From: Tubulanus polymorphus
Lineage: Eukaryota > Animalia > Nemertea
Direction: 5' to 3'
Length of the DNA stretch: 64,000 nucleotides
Assembly: GCF_964204645.1 (NCBI RefSeq)
Contig: NC_134033.1
Coordinates: 2,376,131-2,440,130, forward strand
Shown: in pieces, positions 26,001-38,000 of the stretch
Numbering within the stretch: position 1 is the stretch's first letter
Layout: every line of letters begins with the position of its first letter
Translations under genes and position numbers: made by a program
The notes under the pieces: generated by a model
Database searches by the model: none
What the model saw: only the letters and a program-made list of their open reading frames with translations
Told to the model about the DNA's origin: nothing

Positions 26001-29000
26001 CCTAGGCCTAGCAAAGGCAAAGCCCAGTCTGAATCCAAATCTTGAGTATATCTGAAGATCTAATCGGGGCCCACGGGTACAAATTCAAACACTTTTAAAT
26101 CGTAGCTGTTAAATATGCCAGAGTAGCCAATGACCACGAAAATCAAGGAATCAGAAAAATCTAGATAAAATGTGGGAAAACTCAGGAAATTCAGATCATG
26201 TAATTGACCATATCAGTACGTGATTCAATGAAAAATGAATGAATTGTAAATATTTTAAACCTAGAAAATTCTCTGATTCACTCACCGGGAATTTTGTGTA
26301 ACTACATGGAAAAATCAGGGAAAACTCGTTTTTTTCCAGAGCAACTAATTTTCAAAACTTTCTGATAATCGTTATTCCGATTATTTCAGGAATATCCGTT
26401 GAATCCTAAAGCTCTGTCTCTCGGCGAACTGTACGGCGAATTCGATTTGAACACGAATGAATGGACAGACGGAGTTTTATCCAGCGTCATGAGACAAACT
26501 TGTTCCGGTACGTTCATTCTATACGCAGAATCTGAATACGTTCATTTACAATGTTTTAACTTCAAATTCTAATGCCCTTTGCCCGAGCCCGTATTGCAAA
26601 CAGCGGGATGATAACTAGAAGCTTCTTTTTCTTGATATTCCCGTCCTCACAAAAAGGTTAGTTTTCTCCTGTCATTTGAATTTTATTCAAAACAATATTC
26701 ACTCCTTGTCAATTTTTTCCCCAGTCCTTCCAACGACCTTTCTGGAAAATCCTTGAAAGATAAGAATCGACTTCTTCCCGATCCATTCCATATTAAAAAT
26801 AGATTTTGTCTACTTTGATTTCCCTTCGCCCTAGCATTTATTTTTGTTGAAAAGATCTACGCTCCAAGTACTGCAGAACTTAAGACAAGGGCCTAATTTG
26901 GCACAGGCTCTATTAACCCTTTCAGTGCGTCTAAACCGCACTGCGGTGTATGAATCGGTGATGTATTTTGCTAGTACACCGCACTGCGGTGTATTGATGT
27001 AATTAGTAATTAGTTTTTATCTATATTGAAAGATGGCAGTACCTGTCAAACATAGTGAAATACTTGTAACTAACATTACACTGCGCCGCAGTGTAGACGC
27101 ACTATAGTGGTATTCCCGTTATTCAACACACTAGGGTGGAATTTTTAAAAATTTTCAAATTATCTCCAGCACTATAGGGTATTGATTAGTCAGCACTGAA
27201 AGGGTTAAGCCTGCATGAAAAATATATGCGATAGTGGCTTCAAGGGCCAAATTCTAAGAACAGATGAACTAAGGATGGATCACAAAATCTCAACCCGTAC
27301 CGAAGTAGTTTTATCTCAAATTGATGTTTTTCTAGATGAGAAGCCCGAAGAGAAATGGATTACGTTCGACGGGCCGGTCGATACGTTGTGGATTGAGAGT
27401 ATGAATTCCGTTATGGACGACAATAAGATTCTAACGCTGATCAATGGTGAACGTATCGCCATGCCTGACCAGGTATTTATAGCCAAGTTTACACCAATCG
27501 TTTAGAATTCAGACCTGTGTTCTGCTGAATTCAAAAATCAAGATAAGCTAACTTGATTTTCGTCCCTCGAGGAAGCATCACTGATTCCTTTTGTACCCAC
27601 AGACTTGGCAATCTGATAATACATACGGGGTTATCGTTGGGCAGCCATCTTTACCTGAAGGGTCTAAATTTTAAATCATTTTGTACTTTGGTTATATCAT
27701 AGGGGGATTTATGAATGAAGCCATCTTTATTGCTCAAAAGTCTCGGCAATTTGATGATGTCATAGGGGGATTTTTGTAGGGAGTGTCTATGTAGCAGTAG
27801 AAAAAGGCACTAGCAATTTGATGACATCATAGGGGGGATTTATGAAGGAACTGTCTATTAAAGCAGTAAAGAATGACTTGCATTTTGATGATGTCGTAGG
27901 GGGATTTATAGAGGATTTGCCTATGTATCAGTGGAAATCACTCGCAATTTGATGACATCATAGGGGGAGTTATGAATGAAGTCGTACTTTCTAGAAGGAT
28001 CTAAAGTGTTTATGATTTATTATAGGTGTCGCTGTTGTTCGAAGTTGAAGATCTGTCGGTGGCGTCGCCGGCGACTGTATCGCGTTGCGGTATGGTCTAT
28101 AACGACTATAAAGACTGGGGCTGGCAGCCGTACGTCGACTCATGGCTCGAGAAAAAGAAAGAAAAGGTAAAATAGAACAACAGCTCATACAACTGAAATC
28201 AACTAAGAAATTTGAGAGATTTAACTCACAACTGTAGATCTTAATGCTATTCAATGATGTTTTTGCAAGACAGTCCCAATTTGTAATTCCAATTCAATTT
28301 ACGTAAGTCATTGGGATAAGTCTTCAACATAATGATCTTCCCAGCTTTGATGACTTAAGCTTAGCTTTCACCGTATTGCAATTTGCGAGGTATAAAAGTA
28401 ACTAATTCCTTGATTTTTTCTGCGCAGACGCTCGTCGAGGAGTTACGACGTTTGTTCGACAAATATCTGAAGAAGATCAAAGATTTCGTGATGCAGAATT
28501 GTAAAGAGCTGGTGCCGATTTGCGAGATGAACGGCGTTTCGTCGCTTTGTAAGCTGTTCGATTGTCTGGCGACACCCGAGAATGGGGTAAGTGCTGATTG
28601 GGTATATTCTATCAAGTGTCGTCATTTAGAATGGAAAAAAGATTAAAGCCGTACTCGGGTCAACGAAGAACCAATCAGGTGGTTGGATTGTATGAAGTCA
28701 AGTTGGCTATATTTTAATCGGGAACCTTTTCGATATGAGTTACGTTTACAGTCATTAACCCTTTCAGTGCTGACTAATTAATACCCTATAGTGCTGGAGA
28801 TAATTTGAAAATTCTAAAAAATTCCACCCTAGTGTGTTGAACAACAAGAATACCACTATAGTGCATCTACACCGCGGCGCGGTGTATCTTTGGTTACTAG
28901 TATTTCACTATGTCTGACAAGTGCTGCCATTTTTCAAGAGAGATAACTACTTATTACATCAATACACCGCAGTGCGGTGTACTAGCAAAATCTATCACTG

Positions 29001-32000
29001 ATTTATACACTGCACTGTGGTGTAGACGCACTGAAAGGGTTAAGCGGAATTGTAAAGATACAACAAGTTCTAAATCCATAGAAGCAAAAACGGTGCAAAT
29101 CTAATTTTCTTATTCATATAATCATTAGAAAATGAGATTTGTACTGTTTTTGCTTCTATGGATTTTCAACTATTTGAACTCTCTACTAAAGATCTACGAG
29201 TTCTATTTTCTTAACCTCATCTTACTCAATCAGCGATGAGTATTGAAACTGCCTAGAATACATAGCCTTTCAGCTTGATTTATAAGTGTTTGAACCGGTG
29301 TATTTTCGCAGGTCGACCCGGTAGATTCTGAGAACTACGTACGCATGATCGAACTGTGGTTCCAATTCTGTTTGATCTGGTCGATTTGCGCGTCGGTCGA
29401 CGAGGACGGGCGCAAAAAGATCGACAACTACATCCGCGAAATGGAGGGAACGTTCCCGAATAAGGATACGATTTACGAGTATTACGTCGACGGTAAAACT
29501 AAAACGTGGGTTCACTGGGAGGAGAAACTGCGCACTGGATGGAAGTACAATCCGAGGTTCGTAAAAAATTATTTTATCTAAACAATCACCCCTGGTGGAT
29601 CCTCACTTGCCATAGATGGAATCATCTATTGCTGCAGTAGTTGATGTCCTACTGCATACTAGTGACACCTGGTGGATCCTCACTTGCCATAGATGGAATC
29701 ATTTATTGCTGCTGTAGTTGATGTCCCACCACACACTAGCGACACCTGGTGGATCGTCACTTGCCACAAGTGGAATCGTCTATTGCTGCAGTAGTTTTTA
29801 TGTCCTACTGCACACTAGCGACACCTGGTGGATCCTCACTTGCCATGGATGGAATCGTCTATTGCTCAGTAACATTCAAGGTTCCCACTAAGATATAGAT
29901 ATTATGATAATTATGAATATTTAATTTTTCTATAGTACACCGTTCTACCGTCTGCTGGTACCGACCGTCGATACAGTCAGATACAACTTCATCATTTCGA
30001 ATCTGTTGAAGTCGTTTAATCCGGTGATGCTCGTCGGACCGGTCGGAACCGGTAAAACGTCCGTCGCGATGAGCGTTACGAGTAAACTCGACCCGAAAAC
30101 CTACAGCGTTTTAACAGTGAACATGTCTGCACAGGTAAATAACGATCACTTATACCATAAAACTTCTTTCTTATCTCTTTGACCTTTTCAATCTGGAGAT
30201 AGAATGCTTGGCGCGGTTCCGGAGTTCTCTGTTCAAATTTGACTGTTGAAATATTGAAAATTAGATGATTTTAACTCAGTCTGGATCGTTCTTTGGCTCA
30301 TTATTGGAAATTATGAAAATTTAGAAAATTGAAAAATGAGCAATTGGCAGCAGGTCTGATAAGACAGCTCCTTAGAATGAAAATAAAACTTTTGGATTTA
30401 GATAAAATGGGAAGTTCAATATCAGTTCTGAAATATAAGAGCTGTTGAAATGTCTATTTTCAGACGAGTTCGAACAACGTTCAGGATATCATCGAAAGTC
30501 GCGTCGAGAAACGAACGAAAGGCGTCTACGTTCCGATCGGCGGCAAAAAACTGCTCACGTTCATGGACGATTTCAACATGCCGGCGAAGGACACGTTCGG
30601 ATCGCAGCCGCCGCTCGAGCTGATCAAAATGTGGCTCGATTACGGATTCTGGTACGATCGTCTGAAGCAGACGATCAAGTATATCAAGGATATGTTCTTG
30701 TTGACGGCGATGGGTCCGCCCGGCGGAGGTCGTATGGTGATCTCGCGACGTCTGCAGAGCCGGTTCAATCTGATCAATATGACGTTCCCCGCTGTGAGTA
30801 TCAACTGATGTGATATCAAATTACTGGACCCATTTTTACAACAAGGTTAACCCTTTCAGTGTGTCTACACTGCAATGCGGTGTATATATGATTGTCTTGG
30901 CTAGTACACCGCACTGTGGTGTATTGATGTCATTAGCAATTGGATACCGGCGAGGCTACTGAGGGCAGCGAGGATTCAACGATAATCCACCAGGATCGCT
31001 AGTGGCACTGGGTTACCGCGCTTCAATTTCTTCTACATTTCAATAAACATCTAGTCAAATTTTCTGATTAGTAAATCAATTTTCAGTGAAATCAATACCA
31101 TATACTGTGAGAGAGAAAGGAAATCTCATATCAATTCGATGACTCGTTTGATAATTTCCGGATTTGGAAGCTTAAAAATAATGTTCAAATTTCATTGAAT
31201 ATTGACTGATTTTCACCACGATTAACCCAGTGTTTTGTTGCGCCATCTGGTGTTGCCGGTATCCCATTGATTGTTATCTGTATTAAAAGATGGCAGTGAG
31301 ATATAAGTAACTAATGATACATCGCGCCGTGGTGTAGATGCAGTAAAGTGATATGCCCATTATTCATAACAGTGATGGAATTTTCAACAACTTTCGTGTA
31401 TCAATAGGTCAGCGCTGAAAGGGTTAAGGCTTCAATCAGACTCACAACTGTGAAACTATGTTGAAGTAATCGAAATTAAACCGATTCTTCTTTTCAGGAA
31501 TCTCAAATCAAACGTATTTTCGGGAGCATGATCAATCAGAAACTGCAGGACTTCGAAGAGGAGGTGAAGCCGATCGCCGATACGGTTACCCAGGCGACGA
31601 TCGAGATGTACGACGCGATCGTTCAACGATTCCTACCAACTCCGGCTAAAATACATTATCTCTTCAATCTCAGAGATATCTCGAAGGTTCGTTAATAGCT
31701 TCTCAGGGGCGGATCCAGGGGCATGTTTTGACATGGCGACCAATAAAAAGGGCATATATTCTTAATTTAGGGTGGAAAGGCATATCAGCAAAATTTTCGA
31801 GCATTTTAGAGCTTTCTGAGCATCTCTGAGAGGCATTTAGTCAAGAAACATAGGTTATATATTTAGGAAAAATATCTATTGTGTATCTCAGGTGGTTACA
31901 ACGGCAAATTTTGATACAGAGAAAAAATAAAAAGGCACTTTAAAATTCCGACCGTGTCGGGCGACACGGTCGACACGGTCTAAATCCGCCCCTGTTCAAT

Positions 32001-35000
32001 GTGGTATTTGACGACTGAATTTATTCAAAGCGATGGTTTTGATATTTTCGGGCTGGTCACTTACCTGGATAACAGGAAAAAGTCAGGAAATTTACTTTTC
32101 TTTTAAAAAGTCAGGAGTGAAATAAGCTAAAAATCAGGGAAATTCATTGAGATTGTTTGTGTAAAATCAAACAGTTTCGCCTATGCCTTACGTATTTGAC
32201 TGTGTTAATCGATTGGATTCTTAGCAAATCAAATTCATTTCAAATTTCTATATTGATCCTGCAGTAAACAGTTTACAAATCGGATTGTGTTACAATAAAG
32301 AGTTTTCACAAGACAAAAAAAAAAAAAAGAAAACTTTATAAACAAACAATTACCATTTACATAAATGCAGAGTGTAGTGCAGCGGTGGTCTTTAGGGAGT
32401 GAGTGTTTTTCTACAAGGGAAGAGACTGGGTTTCGAACAATGGAGCAGATCAAGTCAGGGAAAACAACTTACATCTCAGGGAATAGTCGAGGCGGAATCA
32501 ATTCAATTTAAAGTGGCTTCCCCGAAAAATGAAGAAATAGATGAAACAGATTTCATTTAAATGTCATTGCAGGTGTTCCAAGGAATGTTGCGAGCTCATA
32601 AAGATTTCCACGACACTCGTCCGGCGATCACGCGTCTGTGGATTCACGAGTGTTTCCGCGTGTTCTCCGACCGGATGGTCGACGACGCCGACAACGAGGC
32701 GTTCGTCGGAATTCTCTCCGATAAACTCGGGGTTCTATTCGAGCAGACGTTCCACAATATCTGCCCGAACAAACAACCGCCGATATTCGGTAAGTTTCGA
32801 AAATCGGGATGGAAAATCATTCAAATTATTCAACAACCCTCCCTCACCTCTCACTTTCTTCCCCTCTCATCCCTCTTGCTCCCCCTTATTTCTCTCCCTA
32901 TCATCCCTCTCACTCCTCTCCCTCTCTCCCCTCCTTTCCTTTTCTCCTCTGACTCTTGGTAAGTTTAGAAAATTCACCAAAAAAATCTGTTTATTTCATT
33001 CAAATTATTTGTTACACAACGCCCATTTCCTTCAACCCTTCTCATTCCTTTCCCTGTCTCACCTCTTCTTACTCCTCACTCCTTCCCTCTCCCTCTCCTC
33101 TCTGACTCCCTCTCCCTGTCTCCCCTCTCATTTCTTTTTCTCTGACTCCTTCCCTCTCCCTCGCCTCCCTTGCTCCTGGGTTTCACAAAAGGTTAAACTC
33201 ATGAATCAGTTAAATCTATTCATTGATACAACCAGACACAGGGCTCGACTCACATACTGAACTGGGCATTTTCATTCAACAACTAAGACGAGTATTCTAA
33301 GGCAGATGTCGTCTAATTGTTCATTTTATCCCTAGGTGACTATATGAACCCTGATAATGTTTACGAGGACGTGCAGGACATCGGCGCGTTAAAGAAATAT
33401 ATGATGGAAATGTTAGAAGAGTATAACAATACACCAGGAGTGGTTTCCATGGATCTAGTGCTGTTTAGAGACGCCATCGAGCACGGTAAGTTCAACACGC
33501 AGAAAGTTCCCGAATGCAATCTTAGTTTTAAAATATTGATCTACCTGCTTAGATTAACTTAGTTTAACTTGACCCTAATAGAATATGGCAACACTGTCTC
33601 GGTACAACTAGAGTGTCTGCTATCTGCTAGATTAAACTTGACCCTTAAGATGGCGACACTGTCTTGGTACAATTAGAGCGTCTGCTACCTACTAATTAAA
33701 CTTTTCCCTCAAGATAGCCACTCTGTCTCATGCCTTTATCGCTCTATTTTACATCAAATACCAAATAATTTCTGGTAAGTTCTTTTTTGATTATTGATTT
33801 TCTACGTCTGCTGATGATGAGCCGTTCTATATTTCAGTGTCTAAGATCGTGCGCGTGATTCGTCAACCTCGCGGTAACATGTTACTGGTCGGTATCGGCG
33901 GCAGCGGTCGTCAATCGCTGTGTCGTCTGTCGGCGTTCCTCTGCGATTACGTCACGTTTCAAATCGAAGTTACGAAACACTATCGTAAAAATGAATTCAG
34001 AGACGGTAAGATTTCTGAGGCTCTGTTTCATCGACCGATCCGATTCCCTTTTATGATTCTATACCTACCAGAAGTTTTTGATAATGGGAATTATTGAAAA
34101 ATAGCACCCCAACAAAACCTCGATAAGTAACCATCGATTAACCCTTTCCGTGCTGACAAATTAATACCCTAAGTGCTGGAGAAAATGTGAAAATTTGGGA
34201 AAATTCCACCTTAGTGTGCTGAATAACGGGAATAGCAATATAGTGCGTCTACACCGCAGTGCAGTGTATCGTTAGTTACTAATATTTCACTATGTTTGAC
34301 ATCTTTGTCATCTTTGTATAGCGATCAAAACTAAAAACTAAATACATCAATACACCGCAATGCAGTGTACTAGCAAAATCCATTACCGATTCATACACTG
34401 CACTGCGGTGTAGGCGCACTGAAAGGGTTAAACGCTTGAGTCCTGAACCCGCTGATAATATAATATCACACACTAAGAAAGATGAATTCTGAAATGTTTC
34501 CTTGAACTAGTAGTTAGTAGTTTATTCAGATACGATTTTATCCTTTTAGCAGAGCTGTCAACTGTCCCTGATTGTCAGGGCAATCCCTGATAATGCTTCA
34601 CTATCCCTGATGGTGGTTTTTGACGCTATTGAAAAACTTTTGCTGTCCCTGCAATAATTTTCTTCTGTCCCTCTAATAGGCCTACTTTTTCCTATTGAGT
34701 CCCTGAAACTTGTCTTTTTTGTCCCTGATGCGGTAATTGATAAGTTGACATGTTGGTTTTAAGCCTTTTTAACTGTTTTAAAAACATTTGTAAACAATGG
34801 TTAATTCTTTGTATATTTCGTGTATATAGATTTGAAGAGGTTATACTATCAGGCTGGAGTCGAGAATAAAGCCACCGTGTTCCTGTTCAACGATACTCAG
34901 GTCGTGGAAGAAGGATTCCTCGAGGACGTAAACAACGTTCTTAGCAGCGGAGAAGTTCCTAATCTTTACAAAGCGGACGAGTTTGAAGAGGTAAATAGTA

Positions 35001-38000
35001 AAAACCCGCCACAGGGTGGCGCCACTGACCTGGAAAACCTGGAAAATGCAAGGAATCGGACAATCTAGAAAAATTAGGAAAACCTCAAGGAATTTGACAA
35101 ATTTTGCAAAAAAAAAGAAAATGCGGAGAATTTGGATAATGCTGTTGACCATGTGTTTCTTTATCAATAGGTGATTACAATAACATTTTAAACCTTTATC
35201 GTCGTTTTTAGGTTCGTACGGCTCTGGCAGACGCAGCTAAAGCAGACGGAATCGAGGATACACCGCAGACCATGTTCTCGTATCTGATCGATCGCGTACG
35301 GGCTAATTTACATATCGTACTGTGTATGAGTCCGGTTGGAGAACCATTCAGGTAATTTATTCAAGCTAATTTACATATCGTACTGTGTATGAGTCCGGTT
35401 GGAGAACCATTCAGGTAATTTATTCAAGCTAATTTACATATCGTACTGTGTATGAGTCCGGTTGGAGAACCATGCAGGTAATTTATTCAAGCTAATTAAC
35501 ATATCGTACTGTGTATGAGTCCGGTTGGAGAACCATTCAGGTAATTTATTCAAGGCGTCAGATAGACGTGAAAAAATATGAAAAATGGGTGTCTGCTTGT
35601 AGAGTAAAGAATGAGAAAACCTTAAAAATCATAAAAAGTTAACAGCTAAATTAACAAAAGTAAAGATCTAAGTCACTAATCTCAATGGCCTTGTCAAAGT
35701 GAGTTACAATCTTAAAAATTTTTTTTTTCAGGAATCGTATTCGAATGTACCCGGCGTTTGTAAACTGTACGACCATCGATTGGTTCAGCGAATGGCCACA
35801 GGACGCGCTGTTAGAGGTCGCCGATAAATATCTAGAGGTCGTACAAATGGCTACCGAGGACGAGGTGAGCGGAGTTCGATTTTGTCTGGGTGGCCTCTTA
35901 ACCTGGAAAAGTCGGGGAAATTACTTCTCTTCTAAAAGCTCGGGGAATAGTCAGGATATCTTTTGAAAAAGCTAGAAATCTGGGAAAAGTCAAGGAAATT
36001 TCCGGAGATTGCTAGATCACGCATATAATCAAACAGTCTGTTTTACATATTTGACTGTGTTAATTGATTGAATTCTTAGCAGATCAAGTCAGGGGAAAAC
36101 AATGTACATAGTAATAGTCAGGGGTAGGGCTAGCCAAATAAGAACGGCCCCCCTGTTTGTTTTAGATATTTTGTTTCGAATTTTTTCACACTCCCGAATT
36201 TTCGCCTTTCAGAACAAAATGAAGCCGAGTTTGGCGAAGATCTTTTCGATGATGCAGAAATCGGTGACCGACTACTCGAAGAAAATGTTGGACGAAATGA
36301 AACGCTACAACTACGTGACGCCGACGAACTACCTCGAGCTCGTCGCCGGTTACAAGACGTTGTTGTACGAGAAACGCGAGGAACTCGGCAACGCGTGCGA
36401 CAAGCTGAAAAACGGCTTGAGCAAAATCGACGAAACGCGCGAGAAAGTCGAGTCGATGTCCGTCGAGTTGGAGGAGGCGAAAACGAAGGTCGCGCAATTT
36501 CAGAAGCAGTGCGAGGAATACTTGTTGGTGATCGTGCAGCAGAAACGCGAAGCGGACGAACAGCAGAAGTCGGTCGCACAGAAGAGCGAGAAGATCGCCG
36601 AGGATGAAGTTCGTTGTAAGCATATGGCCGATCTCGCGCAGCAGGATTTGGACGAGGCCCTACCCGCGTTGCAGGCGGCCATGTTGGCGTTGGAAGCGTT
36701 GAATAAGAAGGACATCGGCGAGATCAAGTCGTACGGACGTCCACCGCCGCTCGTCGAGACCGTCATGCAGGCGGTGATGATCCTACGCGGTCAGGACCCG
36801 TCGTGGGCCGAGGCGAAGCGCCAGCTCGGCGCGCAAGACTTCATCAAGTCGTTGATCAACTTCGACAAGGACAACATCTCGGATCGTACGCTGAAGAAGA
36901 TCGGGCAGTACTGCGCGAATCCGGACTTCCAGCCGGATATCATCGGGCGCGTGTCCGGCGCGGCGAAGTCGTTGTGTATGTGGGTACGCGCGATGGACGT
37001 TTACGGACGCATCTACCGCGTCGTCGAACCGAAACGCAATCGTTTGAATCAAGCGTCCGCCGTGCTCGCCGAGAAACAGGGGCAACTAGCAGACGCGCAG
37101 GCGAAGCTAGCCGAGGTACGTGTGCAGAATTTTCGGGGTGAAATAAACTAGTTAACTCAGTTTTTAAAGTAATCAAATCAGGGATCAGTTGCTCAAAAGT
37201 TGGTTGGACTTAACTGGTGGATAAATGCTATTATTACAATACAATTTCAATTGTCACTATCTATGTCAACTATAGACTGGTTAACTCTAACGAGCTTTTG
37301 AGCAACTGGCTCCTGTATGGGATCTAAATCCGGAAATTAAAGCATTCCATAAGTTTTGAGGTGCTGAAGCAAAGTTGCGGTGACATTTGAGAGTTAAATG
37401 AGACAGAATTTATTAATATCGAATTTGGTGAGCGTAAGGATCAGTTAGGAGCATAAATAATGTGATTCTTGATAGATGAATATCGTCTTCAATTTGTTTT
37501 GTTACCCGAACATTATTGAGAGTTTCTTGTCCCGACATTTTCCAGGTCGAAGAGAAAATGAACCAATTGAAACGCGAATACGACGAAAAACTCGCGCAAA
37601 AAGAGGAACTGAGACGTAAAGCCGAACACACGGAGATGATGTTGGACCGAGCGGCGAAATTAGTATCGGGTCTCGCCGGCGAGAAAGTCAGATGGGAGGC
37701 AACCGTGAAGGTGCGTACGATTCAGCGTCTGTCTGTGTCGGAAATTCGTTCGTTTCTGATGATTTGTAAAGAACATGATCTATATTATCGATGTGTTAAA
37801 CCGACAATGAAAAAACCCGTTTAGGATAAGGTTTAGAATTAAAACATGGAAAGATTTATTTTGAACTTTGTGGATTTTCTAAGTTGTGAGTTAGCTCTGT
37901 GAGTTAAAATCAGTTCATTTTCGATGAGTTAACTCCAAAACTCACAACTGTGAAACTGGATGGTTCAGTTCTCATCTAAAAATGAAATTGATAATGGTGT

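Noticed and set aside
32541-33260. 239-aa ORF
   Set aside because: Off-frame overlap of dynein exon 34 running into a CT-rich tract.
36130-37176. Multiple antisense and alternate-frame ORFs over large exons (also 11.5-12.2, 20.4-21.0, 57.0-57.6 kb)
   Set aside because: Shadow ORFs caused by GC/CpG-rich codon usage of the real exons; no independent motifs.
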